Shown piece after piece: positions 52,678-62,186 of a stretch of DNA of 64,000 nt. The DNA lies in NCBI GenBank assembly GCA_003133385.1, contig PKXF01000001.1, forward strand, positions 41,052 through 105,051, read 5' to 3'. Source of the stretch: Candidatus Saccharimonadota bacterium. GTDB lineage: Bacteria > Patescibacteriota > Saccharimonadia > Saccharimonadales > UBA4665. A program made the translations under genes and the position numbers. The notes under the pieces were generated by a model, which did not search any database, had not been told where the DNA came from, and saw only the letters and a program-made list of their open reading frames with translations. Within the stretch, counting starts at the first letter, position 1; each line of letters starts with the position of its first letter.

Positions 52678-53733
52678 TTAGTGTGATTGCGTGATCGAAA
52701 CTTCCTGGGCAAATACAACAATCCGGGCATTGAACAAGCTCGTGCCAGGGATAACATCGCCGGTACAGCTAATAAGGTTAAGGCCTGATATGCCGGGAGT
52801 GATCGGAGTCATAGCCGCTTGCATGTTAACGGTGTTGCCTATATAGGTTACTGCTTTCACGACTTGGTAATTAATTATGGTGCCGTCACCTCGTACAATT
52901 TGGATGGCATCACCAGGCGCCATTGTTTTGAGACCATAAAATACCCCGGAGGTGGACCAGCTTGAGACATGGCCGTCAATAAGAGTGGCCCCCGGCTGGC
53001 CGGGTTCGGCACTGCCGGTGTACCAGGCGGTGTCAAAAACATTGGAAGGCGTACCGAGCGCACCGGAAGCTAAAACTCCGACCTGCATTACCCGGGCGTT
53101 AACCCCCAGTTTTGGAATTTTCAGGTAGCGTGGAAGATTAGGCGCGACGGCATAATTTCTGACGGCGGCTGCTGACGGTTTGGTGGTGGCTGGTACCACA
53201 CCGCTGCCACTGGCAGAATTATTGGTCTTTTTGGCCAAAGCCGCAACTTGGGCGGCAGCCTGATGATTAGTCTTGATGGTTTGGATACTTGCCGCAATGC
53301 CAATCATAAATACTAAGGCCGCCATACCGGCAAGTGTAACCTGCAATTTGCTGAGCCGCCGGGTTTTTTTATCTACCCTTCTAGTGCTCGGTCTGGGAAT
53401 AACTGCGTTGGGGCGTTTGAGAACCGTGGAGGGCCTCAGCCGGTTTTCGGCTGGTTCGGCATAAGTCTGGGGCCGGGGTTGGGGCTGCGCTACCTTGGCA
53501 GCCGGGGCCGGCTCAGCCTGAGGCGCTGCCGGAAGAGGTTGAGAGGAGACTGTCTCGACCTGTTGAAAGGCAGGCTTGTTTCGTACATCATTAATTCTTG
53601 CTGGGCGAGCGTGTGGGCGAACCGCCACGCGGGAGCGTGTTTTATCACTTGCAAACAATTGCCTTGGATCAGATTGGCGCAGGCGTCCATAAAACGCTGG
53701 GTTGTCTAGACCGATTGTGCCCCTCTCTGACAT
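52678..53733 (-). CDS. Sortase-family transpeptidase with long N-terminal cytoplasmic extension
   Basis: 351 aa. About 125 aa of R/P/Q/A-rich sequence precede a TM anchor (VTLAGMAALVFMIGIAASI). The catalytic domain has His (LIDGHV), Cys (NLISCTG) and Arg (FNARIVVFA). Confidence 0.75.
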   Translation of the reverse strand: MSERGTIGLDNPAFYGRLRQSDPRQLFASDKTRSRVAVRPHARPARINDVRNKPAFQQVETVSSQPLPAAPQAEPAPAAKVAQPQPRPQTYAEPAENRLRPSTVLKRPNAVIPRPSTRRVDKKTRRLSKLQVTLAGMAALVFMIGIAASIQTIKTNHQAAAQVAALAKKTNNSASGSGVVPATTKPSAAAVRNYAVAPNLPRYLKIPKLGVNARVMQVGVLASGALGTPSNVFDTAWYTGSAEPGQPGATLIDGHVSSWSTSGVFYGLKTMAPGDAIQIVRGDGTIINYQVVKAVTYIGNTVNMQAAMTPITPGISGLNLISCTGDVIPGTSLFNARIVVFAQEVSITQSH

Positions 53734-53768
53734 TTTGCTCCTTCCTATCTTTTTGGTATCGTGACTAT

Positions 53769-55016
53769 CTACCGCTTGGTTGGTTTTAGCCTAATCGCTA
53801 TACCAAGAATCATGATGGCAGACACGGTTGAAATAGCCAGGGTCTCAGCTGGATGGGCTGCAACTTGGGCCAGCCCGGTATCCGGAGCTTTGAGAGTAGC
53901 CGCCGGCGAGGACGAACTTGAGCCACCGCCACTGCCACCACTGCCGCCGCCTGAATTTGATGGTGCAGCACTACATTTTGTCGGACCGTTTGTAAATGTA
54001 TTTGTAGCCGGATCAGTCGCTGTACCATTAGATCCGCTATATTCAAGACAAAAGCTGTTTGCGGTAATGCCGGCTAGGTTAACTGTCAGACCTGGGCTGG
54101 CATTATTCACGAATTGTGAATTTTCAGCTAGTACTACGCCGGATAAGGTAAACGTACCGGACGACATCGTATTATTGAATTGTATTGACGCACTTGGAGT
54201 CGATGAAGAGGATCCGGTAACATTTATGGTATTTGTCAGCGTTGATATGCCGCTAAAGAAGTTTACTAAGCCGTTGTTGGCAATATCAACGGTTGAGGTG
54301 CCGAACGGGTCGGTATTTAGCACCTCTACGCCAGCTGCCCCCGTTGCCTGTATATTGGTGGTGCCGGCGTAAGTATTAGCGCCGCTTAGCTGATAGGTAG
54401 TATGTGAACCGTTATAGGTTACCGTTCCGGTACCGCTAACGTTGGTGATGTTATCAAAGATTGAAACGATACCTGTTCCGTTGTCGACAAAGCTTAATGT
54501 GTCGCCACTGGTGATTGCTATATTGTCAGCTATTGTCTGTCCCAGCGTCAAACCGCCGGCTGAAGACGTTACGGGTACGTTGCCACCGATTGTCAGTGTT
54601 TCCGCCGAACCATTATTCGTGATGACGTTGTTAGTGCCGGTATCGCTAGAAGCCTGGGTTATGTTTCCGGTGACCGTGAGCGGGTCATTCAAAACAACAA
54701 TGACTGGGACATCCCCGGCGGAGTCGTTTGTAAACTGAAGGCTGGTGAGACTTAAGGTAGCTATATTGTCAATCGATTCACTGGTAAAGTTTTGGGTGTT
54801 GTCGATTATAACGGTGTCGCCAACATCACCCGATTGGGGGGCAACTCCTCCCACCCAATTGCCCGGGGTACTCCAGTTACCGCCAGCACCGCTGCCGCCG
54901 CTCCACGTAAACGTCCCGCCACCACTGGCATGGGCAACGCCTGGGGCTGCCAGGCTAACTAGGGGCGCTACTATAAGAATCGCCGCGGCAAGGTAACGCC
55001 GGGCTTTTTGAAGCAT
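53769..55016 (-). CDS. Secreted beta-helix surface protein (PATR-like repeats) with C-terminal cell-wall sorting signal
   Basis: 415 aa with a signal peptide (AAILIVAPLVSLAAPGVAHA), TFTWSGGSGAGGNWSTPGNW and LSGANTYAGTTNI repeats, and a GGGSGGSGGGSSSSS linker. The C-terminus reads LKAPDTG (53874-53894), then a hydrophobic span and RLKPTKR. Confidence 0.75.
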   Translation of the reverse strand: MLQKARRYLAAAILIVAPLVSLAAPGVAHASGGGTFTWSGGSGAGGNWSTPGNWVGGVAPQSGDVGDTVIIDNTQNFTSESIDNIATLSLTSLQFTNDSAGDVPVIVVLNDPLTVTGNITQASSDTGTNNVITNNGSAETLTIGGNVPVTSSAGGLTLGQTIADNIAITSGDTLSFVDNGTGIVSIFDNITNVSGTGTVTYNGSHTTYQLSGANTYAGTTNIQATGAAGVEVLNTDPFGTSTVDIANNGLVNFFSGISTLTNTINVTGSSSSTPSASIQFNNTMSSGTFTLSGVVLAENSQFVNNASPGLTVNLAGITANSFCLEYSGSNGTATDPATNTFTNGPTKCSAAPSNSGGGSGGSGGGSSSSSPAATLKAPDTGLAQVAAHPAETLAISTVSAIMILGIAIRLKPTKR

Positions 55017-55136
55017 TCTTAAAATCCAGTTTTTGTGTTTTTTGATTTTATGTATTTCCGATTTTAAAAGTTCATAAGTAATTATAGTGCTGCTATAGGG
55101 GTCCTGTCAATTCCGCTTATGAGGGTTATGCACCAG

Positions 55137-55529
55137 TTATTTCTTTGGTAACGTGATATTCGGTGGCGCGCCGTACTCGGGCAGTACAACGGTTTCATGC
55201 TCGCCTTTACCTAAGCTCCGTACTCCCCGGTCAGCCCAAGCTTTGCCCACACTGCCAACAATTGGTATGGCTAGCCCGTAAGCCAGGGCATTGGCAACAC
55301 TGATACCGATTCTTAAGCCCGTAAAGCTGCCCGGACCCTTGAAAACGACTATTCCATTCAGGTCGTGTAAGTTATGGCCTTGCTCGCCAAGCATTTCCCG
55401 GATTTTTATATGTATGGTTTCAGCAAGTTCACGATCAGCCTGCCAGGTAACGTAAGCCGTTTTTATTTCATTTGTTTGCAGGCCTATTTCGGCTTCAGGT
55501 TTATCGGTGCGTATGGTTAATATCAGCAT
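55137..55529 (-). CDS. tsaB: tRNA t6A biosynthesis protein TsaB, minimal single-domain form
   Basis: 130 aa with MLILTIRTD and FKGPGSFTGLRIGISVANALAYG. It is adjacent to tsaE. Confidence 0.8.
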   Translation of the reverse strand: MLILTIRTDKPEAEIGLQTNEIKTAYVTWQADRELAETIHIKIREMLGEQGHNLHDLNGIVVFKGPGSFTGLRIGISVANALAYGLAIPIVGSVGKAWADRGVRSLGKGEHETVVLPEYGAPPNITLPKK

Positions 55530-55535
55530 AAGGGT

Positions 55536-55991
55536 TTAGGTTTGTTTATCAAAAAGGTAGCTGTAGTCTTCGGGGTAATCAAAGGTTATATCCCTGGCCT
55601 GTTCACCGGTCTGCGCCAGGGTGACCACAAGATGCGCCCGGGGCAATACCTTCCCTATAATCTTAGCCCATTCAATAACGACAACGGCTTTTTTATCCGT
55701 TAATATTTCAGCCAGCTCGCGGGCTACTATGCCGGGGTCATCGAGACGATAAAAGTCAAAATGGTGCAGCGTTAGTTCCCCGGTACGGTACTCGTTCGCT
55801 ATGGTGAAGCTTGGGCTCCGTACTTTGTCGTGGCTGCCAAGGCCACGCGCCAAGCCACGCACGAACGTCGTCTTACCGCCCCCAAGGTCACTGACAAGTT
55901 CAATAATCTCACCGCCGTTCAGCTCATGGCCAAGTTTTTCGGCGACTACCTCGGTATCGTCCGGGCCTGTGGATTTAAAATAGGTTTGCAT
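55536..55991 (-). CDS. tsaE: tRNA t6A biosynthesis ATPase TsaE
   Basis: 151 aa with the P-loop LVSDLGGGKTTFVRGLARGLG and SPSFTI...HFDFYRL. Confidence 0.85.
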   Translation of the reverse strand: MQTYFKSTGPDDTEVVAEKLGHELNGGEIIELVSDLGGGKTTFVRGLARGLGSHDKVRSPSFTIANEYRTGELTLHHFDFYRLDDPGIVARELAEILTDKKAVVVIEWAKIIGKVLPRAHLVVTLAQTGEQARDITFDYPEDYSYLFDKQT

Positions 55992-56085
55992 GGTTCAAAG
56001 GCAATAGTAACCGGAGTTGGGGCTCAAGAGCAAGTCATGGACGTTAAGCATAAGTTGCCACAAACGCAGGCTGTATACTAGAAGT

Positions 56086-56601
56086 ATGCTTCAGCTGAGT
56101 GCCAGTTTATTGAAACGATCAGTCTTGTCGCTAAGAACCGGTTCGCCGGTAGCTACCGTCAAGGCCCCTATTATTAACCCTAACAATTTAAAGATTGAGG
56201 GTTTTTACTGCGAGGACCGTTTTTCTAAGAAGCACGTGGTGCTACTCTACCAAGATATACGCGACATATTGCCCCAAGGTTTTGTCGTGAATGACCATGA
56301 CGCTCTGGTTGAGGCCGAAGACCTTGTCCGGCTCAAGGAAATCATGGAACTCAACTTTGACCTCATTGGCAAGCAAGTTGTTACGGTCGATAAACAGAAA
56401 GTTGGCAAGGTCAGTGACTATGCTACTGATACGACTACGATGTTCGTACAGAAAATTTATGTCTCCAGGTCGCTACTCCAGAGTTTGTCGACTGGCACGC
56501 TAAGTGTCGACCGGAGCCAGATTAATGAAATCACGCCGCGCCGGATCGTAATTAATGAACTTCTGAACAAGTCTCCGGCCGTCGCCGCGGTTACGGCGTA
56601 A
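56086..56601 (+). CDS. PRC-barrel-like domain protein (two repeats)
   Basis: Start trimmed to the ATG at 56086 (MLQLSAS). The patterns LLKRSVLSLRTGSPVATV and LIGKQVVTVDKQKVGKVSDY are PRC-barrel-like. Confidence 0.5.
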   Translation: MLQLSASLLKRSVLSLRTGSPVATVKAPIINPNNLKIEGFYCEDRFSKKHVVLLYQDIRDILPQGFVVNDHDALVEAEDLVRLKEIMELNFDLIGKQVVTVDKQKVGKVSDYATDTTTMFVQKIYVSRSLLQSLSTGTLSVDRSQINEITPRRIVINELLNKSPAVAAVTA

Positions 56602-56604
56602 GCT

Positions 56605-57201
56605 TCATTTGCCTAAGGCTTTTTTAATGTCCGAGTAGTGAAAGCCTTGCCGGGCTAGGTATTGCATAAGTTTCGTTTCGTCCTGGTAGCGGGATTGCTG
56701 GCGTTTGCGTTCGATCAGGTTTTTTAGGGCAGTTTGCTCAATGTCTTCGCTGGCATTTAGTGCGTTTTCTATGATTTCCACGGATACGTGCTTTTTACGC
56801 AGCTCAAAGGATATTTTAAGCCGGGATGTAGGACGCAGCAGCTGCCGGTCATGGATATAGACCTTGGCGTACTCAGCATCATTTACTAAGCCAAGTTTAC
56901 TTAACTTGTTAAGTAATTCATTGATCAGGGCAGGGGGGGCTTGCTTACGCTCGAGGTAGCGGGAAACCTCCCAGGCAGTGCGGAGGCGTAGGGCAATGTA
57001 GCGGCAGACTTGGCCGTAGAGTTTATCGCCGCTGGACAGTAACTTCAGTTCCCCGACTTGCTGGGGCTCAAGTTCTTGGCCGTGATGTAGTTTGCTGCTC
57101 AACAGGGCATCTTCGCTCAAGGAGAAGGCATAGGCTCCATCGATAAAGATAGAGTAACGATGCGAGTGTTTTTGCTGTTGGGTAATACCGGTAATTTTCA
57201 T
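56605..57201 (-). CDS. recX: Recombination regulator RecX
   Basis: 198 aa with three-helix repeat composition (LSYLERK-type: VSRYLERKQAP, LSKLGLVNDAEYA). It lies directly downstream of recA. Confidence 0.8.
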   Translation of the reverse strand: MKITGITQQQKHSHRYSIFIDGAYAFSLSEDALLSSKLHHGQELEPQQVGELKLLSSGDKLYGQVCRYIALRLRTAWEVSRYLERKQAPPALINELLNKLSKLGLVNDAEYAKVYIHDRQLLRPTSRLKISFELRKKHVSVEIIENALNASEDIEQTALKNLIERKRQQSRYQDETKLMQYLARQGFHYSDIKKALGK

Positions 57202-57265
57202 GACGATTTAGTTTACGGCCGCATCACTACTAATTTTAGACTTATGGACTAACGAAGTTATTTTA

Positions 57266-58312
57266 CTATAGCTGGCTCTTTTCGGCATCGTATGCTCGTA
57301 CTTTATCGGCTATCTCCTGCAGAATTTTGGGGTTATCCTGGAGGTAGGTTTTAGATGCTTCACGTCCCTGGCCAATCTTGGCACCTTTATAGGCGTACCA
57401 GGCACCGGACTTCTCGACGATGTCAGCGTTAGCAGCCAGGTCAAGTATGTCACCGCTAGTGCTGATGCCTTCGTTATACATGATGTCAAACTCGGCTTGG
57501 CGGAACGGCGGAGCCATCTTGTTCTTAACCACTTTGACGCGGGTACGGTTACCGATAATTTCCTCGCCGGCCTTGATCTGGCCTATGCGTCGGATGTCCA
57601 TACGTACCGATGAGTAAAACTTCAGGGCATTGCCGCCGGTTGTTGTCTCGGGATTACCGAACATCACACCGATTTTCATACGGATCTGGTTGATGAATAT
57701 GACACTGGACTTGCTGCGGCTGATGACACCGGTGAGTTTGCGCAGAGCTTGGCTCATAAGGCGCGCCTGAAGGCCGGGCAGAGAGTCGCCCATATCGCCT
57801 TCAATTTCAGCCCTGGGCACCAGGGCAGCTACCGAGTCGATCACAATAAGATCAACGGCGTTGGAACGTACCAAAGTTTCCACAATTTCTAGAGCTTGTT
57901 CTCCGTTATCCGGCTGGCTCAGTAGCAAATTGGCTACATCGACGCCAATACGCTTAGCGTAACCGGGGTCAAGCGCATGTTCAGCATCAATGAATGCCGC
58001 CGTGCCGCCGGCACGTTGGACCTCAGCGATAGCGTGCAAGGTCAGTGTCGTCTTACCGGAGGATTCCGGCCCGTAAACTTCTATTACCCTGCCGCGCGGT
58101 ATACCGCCGCCTAGAGCCAGGTCAAGGCTTAGAGCCCCAGTGGAGGTTGTCTCAACGGCCGCAATGGGCGCCTCGCCTAATTTCATAATTGAGCCCTTGC
58201 CGAACTGTTTCTCTATCGACTCCAGTGCCAGGCCAAGAGCCTTCACTTTGCCAGCGCTGTCAGAATCACTAATAGGCACAGATTGCTTTGGTTCACTTGT
58301 CTTACGCGCCAT
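57266..58312 (-). CDS. recA: Recombinase A
   Basis: 348 aa with [29 protein letters not shown] and [28 protein letters not shown]. Confidence 0.97.
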   Translation of the reverse strand: MARKTSEPKQSVPISDSDSAGKVKALGLALESIEKQFGKGSIMKLGEAPIAAVETTSTGALSLDLALGGGIPRGRVIEVYGPESSGKTTLTLHAIAEVQRAGGTAAFIDAEHALDPGYAKRIGVDVANLLLSQPDNGEQALEIVETLVRSNAVDLIVIDSVAALVPRAEIEGDMGDSLPGLQARLMSQALRKLTGVISRSKSSVIFINQIRMKIGVMFGNPETTTGGNALKFYSSVRMDIRRIGQIKAGEEIIGNRTRVKVVKNKMAPPFRQAEFDIMYNEGISTSGDILDLAANADIVEKSGAWYAYKGAKIGQGREASKTYLQDNPKILQEIADKVRAYDAEKSQL

Positions 58313-58407
58313 TATTACCCTCCTTATGGTAAATAAGAATATCGACCCACCGCTTGGTATTAGTTTAACACTATAGCAACTAAGCGGTGACTATGAACCT
58401 GGCCTTT

Positions 58408-58905
58408 TTAAGATATATTTAATATTGAGTCATTCTGTGGCTGATCAGGAATTTCAGACTCAGTTTCATCACTTTCAACGTCAAGTCCTACTTCACGACG
58501 AACGTCATTGAGTAGGTTCTGTGTTACAGCTAGCTGGTTGCGCATGTCTGGTATCTTCACTTCTTTGATAAGACGCGTGCGGAAAGCATCAAACTTTTTT
58601 GCCGTGCTAACTACCTCTTCTTGAAGAGCGCTCCACTCCTCATACAATTTTTCTTCACCTGCTATTCCTAGCATTCTACTAATTTCTCTGAACTCTGGTA
58701 GCACTGCATCTCTATAACTACCCCTGGTGTCAATTATGTCTACAAGGGCATCACCTATATTGCTGCCATCCTCCTGCTCAAGGTGCTCAATCTCTTCTTC
58801 CTTCGCAGCGGCTTGGTCTTCCATCCGAACCAATCCCTTAGGTTGGAATTGTACGCCAGGATGGGCTTTTTTGAAGTCAACACTGAGTGGATGGTCGTGC
58901 AGCAA
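58408..58905 (-). CDS. Hypothetical acidic protein; true 5' end probably further upstream
   Basis: 165-aa ORF from a TTG start. By my own translation, the same frame stays stop-free for 83 more codons up to 59154 with no ATG, GTG or TTG. Confidence 0.5.
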   Translation of the reverse strand: MLHDHPLSVDFKKAHPGVQFQPKGLVRMEDQAAAKEEEIEHLEQEDGSNIGDALVDIIDTRGSYRDAVLPEFREISRMLGIAGEEKLYEEWSALQEEVVSTAKKFDAFRTRLIKEVKIPDMRNQLAVTQNLLNDVRREVGLDVESDETESEIPDQPQNDSILNIS

Positions 58906-59099
58906 TCCTGCCCAATCGCCAACCCTAGAAGCTTGCTTATCATAATATTCGGCTCTGTAGTCGGGAGCACGTAGTAGATAGAGATTGCCTGGATCTTTAG
59001 CTACGTCTGGAAAGTCATTTTCAAATTGGTAGCGTGTTCTGTCCCAGGCTTGCTCGGTTTTATTAACGTCGTTATCTCTGTGCTTTCTGTTGTAATGGC

Positions 59100-59558
59100 T
59101 CAGTTTGCTTGCAAGTCGAAGGCTTCTATTCGACCCTGGCTCTGATTGAATAGCTTATCTTCTACTTCTCTAGCCTCAGCTGCCTCTTTGGATGATGGCC
59201 CGAAGGCTTTGCGGTTTTCTACGGCCTTAGTTCTAAAGTCGCCTTCAGCATAGGCCATGGTTTCGGCTTTATGGATATCAGCCTCGCGATTTGCGCCAGG
59301 TTCTTGCGTTTGGTCTGCATCATTAATAGGGATAACTACTCCCTCAGGCTTTGGTTTACTACCTGGGTCGTCAAAGCGATGCTCAAAGCTATGCATTAAG
59401 CCTGCTATTGCCTCTCTGCCGCTTGGCTGTTCGCCCATGGCTTCACGTGCTGCCGCTAATGCCGGGCTGCCGCTCGGATGATGGGTATCTTGTGGCACAA
59501 GACCTTCTGGGGGTTGCTCTGTTGGAGGTGCTGCGTCTTCGGGTTGGCCTTCACTCAT
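59100..59558 (-). CDS. Hypothetical acidic/proline-rich protein
   Basis: 152-aa ORF divergent from pilB. No motif. Confidence 0.45.
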   Translation of the reverse strand: MSEGQPEDAAPPTEQPPEGLVPQDTHHPSGSPALAAAREAMGEQPSGREAIAGLMHSFEHRFDDPGSKPKPEGVVIPINDADQTQEPGANREADIHKAETMAYAEGDFRTKAVENRKAFGPSSKEAAEAREVEDKLFNQSQGRIEAFDLQAN

Positions 59559-59763
59559 ACGTTTTTATTCTTTTTTTGTTATTTGATTACCTGTCCTCAA
59601 TCTATAGTTTTTAGGGTAGTTTGTCAATATCTATATACCTGACTCGCCTCAACCGGAATGAAGCGCTTACGTTTTAATAGAGGTGCTGCTAAAATACATG
59701 CTAGGATGGGTGTTGTTTTAACAGGAAAATGTTCAACAAAGGCTTTTTTTGTATGGAAATTGT

Positions 59764-61566
59764 ATGAGAATATCTGACAGTCTGGCTCAAAGTCTTCTCA
59801 AGCAAAGCGGTTCATTCACCAAAGAACAGCTTGATGACTTACGTTCGCAGCTAGCGGAAACAAAAAAGCCTTTGCAGGACCTTATTATTCAAAACGGCTT
59901 GCTAAGTGAAGCCGAGCTAACCCGTCTGTATGCTAAGCACTCAAGCGTACCGTTTATAGAGTTGCCCGCCAGTATTAGCCACCGTGCCCTTAGCCAGCTG
60001 CCGGAGCACGTGGCTACCCGCTACAATGCCGTGGTTTTCGATACCGACGATAACGAAGGTATCATTTTGGTGGCCATGGAAGACCCTAGTGACCAGGGTG
60101 CTGTAAGCTTCCTCAAAAAACAACTCGGCGATAATTTGAAACTGCACCTTAGCACTTCAAGCCAACTGCGAGGCGCACTTGACCAGTATCGAACCGGTAG
60201 GCGCAGCCAGCTGCTCCACATCATGAGCCCGCCTGACGACTCGGATAGCCCTCAAGCGGCTGTCAGCAGCTCCATGGTGGAGGGATCGGTTATCGTGGAC
60301 AGTCTTAACCATATTCTTGAACAAGCCTTAGAAATCGGGGCCAGCGACATCCACATCGAGCCACAACTTGACCATATTGTTATCCGCTATCGCATTGACG
60401 GCCTGCTCCGACCGGCACACAAATTGCACTTGCAAGCTTTGAGTCCGCTACTGGGTTATATAAAGACCGTGGGCCAACTAAAGACCGAGGAGCATGATGC
60501 CCCCCAATATGGACAATGGGCTACGTCGTTAGGTGATGAAAGCTACGAGGTGCGTGTAACTATACTACCGACAGTTGACGGCGAAAAAGTCGTGCTCCAT
60601 CTAGTGCCTAGCTCAACAAAAGCACCATCTTTACGCGATTTGGGTTTATGGGGACAGGGGTTGCACGATCTTCAAAGAGCGTTTGCCGAGCCCCATGGAA
60701 TCGTGTTGGTTGTCGGTCCAACCGGATCAGGTAAGTCGACCACCCTATTCAGCGCGCTTAGTGCCCTGAGCGCGCCGGATGTCACCATGGCAACCATTGA
60801 GGACCCGGTAGAATACCGTATTGCCGGGGCTAATCAGGTTCAGATAAATCCCGGCGCCGGCGTAACTCTCGCCAGTGCCCTACCCGCCGTTCTAGATCAG
60901 AGCCCGGACATTATCATGTTGAGCGAGATCAACGGCACTAAGTCATGCGTAGCGGCAATTGAAGCGTCTTTGCGCGGCCACCTGGTGTTGAGCGCTTTGC
61001 ATACCAGTAGTGCGGCGGCTGGCGTGCACCGGTTGCTTGACATGGATATCAAACCCCACATGATTGATAACAGCGTTCGGGCTATTGTTGGCCAACGCCT
61101 GGCTCGCAAGTTATGCCCTGACTGCCAAGAAGCGGTGGCGCCCAGCAAAACTACGCTTGCGCAAATTGAGAAGTCCTTCCATCTAAAAGATTTCGGCGGG
61201 TTCCGGCGGCTGCACGAGCTGGAGACCTTGGCAACAGAAGAAGGCCTCGGCGTACAAGTTTCGGGAAAATCTGCTACGTCTGCCCACTATTTGAGCTCCT
61301 CGTCACGCAGCATTAACAGGCTTTGGAGAGCGCACGCCGGCGGTTGTGAACGTTGTCATCATACCGGTTACCAAGGCCGCGTGGGAATTTTTGAGGTGCT
61401 GAGCCTAAGCGCGGCTGTTCAAAAAACAATTAATAGTGAGTCTAGCACTCATGCCATTGACCGGGCAGCGATAGAGTCAGGCATGATCAGCCTGCAGCTA
61501 GACGGTCTGGTTAAGGCTCTGCGTGGCCAGACAACGGTTAGTGAAGTGCTACGGGTGAGCACCTGA
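59764..61566 (+). CDS. pilB: Type IV pilus assembly ATPase (GspE/PilB family)
   Basis: It has a T2SSE N-terminal domain (LSEAELTRLYAKHSSVPFIEL), Walker A GPTGSGKST, an Asp box, Walker B, and the tetracysteine cluster CPDC...CERC. I used the ATG at 59764; a TTG at 59749 is also possible. Confidence 0.9.
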   Translation: MRISDSLAQSLLKQSGSFTKEQLDDLRSQLAETKKPLQDLIIQNGLLSEAELTRLYAKHSSVPFIELPASISHRALSQLPEHVATRYNAVVFDTDDNEGIILVAMEDPSDQGAVSFLKKQLGDNLKLHLSTSSQLRGALDQYRTGRRSQLLHIMSPPDDSDSPQAAVSSSMVEGSVIVDSLNHILEQALEIGASDIHIEPQLDHIVIRYRIDGLLRPAHKLHLQALSPLLGYIKTVGQLKTEEHDAPQYGQWATSLGDESYEVRVTILPTVDGEKVVLHLVPSSTKAPSLRDLGLWGQGLHDLQRAFAEPHGIVLVVGPTGSGKSTTLFSALSALSAPDVTMATIEDPVEYRIAGANQVQINPGAGVTLASALPAVLDQSPDIIMLSEINGTKSCVAAIEASLRGHLVLSALHTSSAAAGVHRLLDMDIKPHMIDNSVRAIVGQRLARKLCPDCQEAVAPSKTTLAQIEKSFHLKDFGGFRRLHELETLATEEGLGVQVSGKSATSAHYLSSSSRSINRLWRAHAGGCERCHHTGYQGRVGIFEVLSLSAAVQKTINSESSTHAIDRAAIESGMISLQLDGLVKALRGQTTVSEVLRVST

Positions 61567-61682
61567 TGGCCAAGGAAAAGCTTACTGCGTCGTTACTTTT
61601 AAAAAAGACTGTTGGCTAGTATGGACGCTTATGGTTATAATCAAAGCCAGGTAATACACTTAAAATAAAGCGTGGAGTATCC

Positions 61683-62174
61683 ATGATTTCCGTCCAAGGC
61701 TTAATGCCGCAAAAAAGAGATGAGCAAGGTTTTACTGTTATTGAGCTTTTAATCGTAATTGTGGTCCTGATAATCTTATCAGTACTCGTTATTACAACTT
61801 ACGGCGGTATTCAGCAAAAGAACCGGAACCTTAGCCGCCAGAACAATCTTGAAGCGTTGCACCAGCAAATTGAGATCTATTTTCAAAAACAAGGTCACTA
61901 CCCAAGCCGGACAGACATGGACAACTCGGCCTGGCTGGCTAAGAACATGAAGAGCCTGGACCCTAGTTTACTTATTGACCCATCGAACCCAACCCACAGT
62001 GAGCAACTTGTAGCTGCAGCGTCCGCTAAGTCGTATGCTTACGCTCCCACGCAGATTGACGGAGTTAGCAGCTGCGAGAACAAGGATACAACCTGCGCCA
62101 AGTACACGTTGATTGCCACCTATGAAGGTAACGTCAACGGCGCAAGCAAGCTGACCATTCCAAGCACTAATTAG
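61683..62174 (+). CDS. Type IV pilin (prepilin with class III signal peptide)
   Basis: 163 aa with a leader ending in G, then FTVIELLIVIVVLIILSVLVITTY (Glu at +5), and a C-terminal Cys pair (SSCENKDTTC). Confidence 0.85.
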   Translation: MISVQGLMPQKRDEQGFTVIELLIVIVVLIILSVLVITTYGGIQQKNRNLSRQNNLEALHQQIEIYFQKQGHYPSRTDMDNSAWLAKNMKSLDPSLLIDPSNPTHSEQLVAAASAKSYAYAPTQIDGVSSCENKDTTCAKYTLIATYEGNVNGASKLTIPSTN

Positions 62175-62186
62175 ACACGTATCAGA

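Noticed and set aside
53761-54996. Plus-strand ORFs (53761-54372, 54442-54738, 54745-54996) opposite the surface-protein gene.
   Set aside because: These are shadow ORFs of a repeat-rich, stop-poor gene on the other strand. The minus-strand product has a signal peptide, repeats and a sorting signal.
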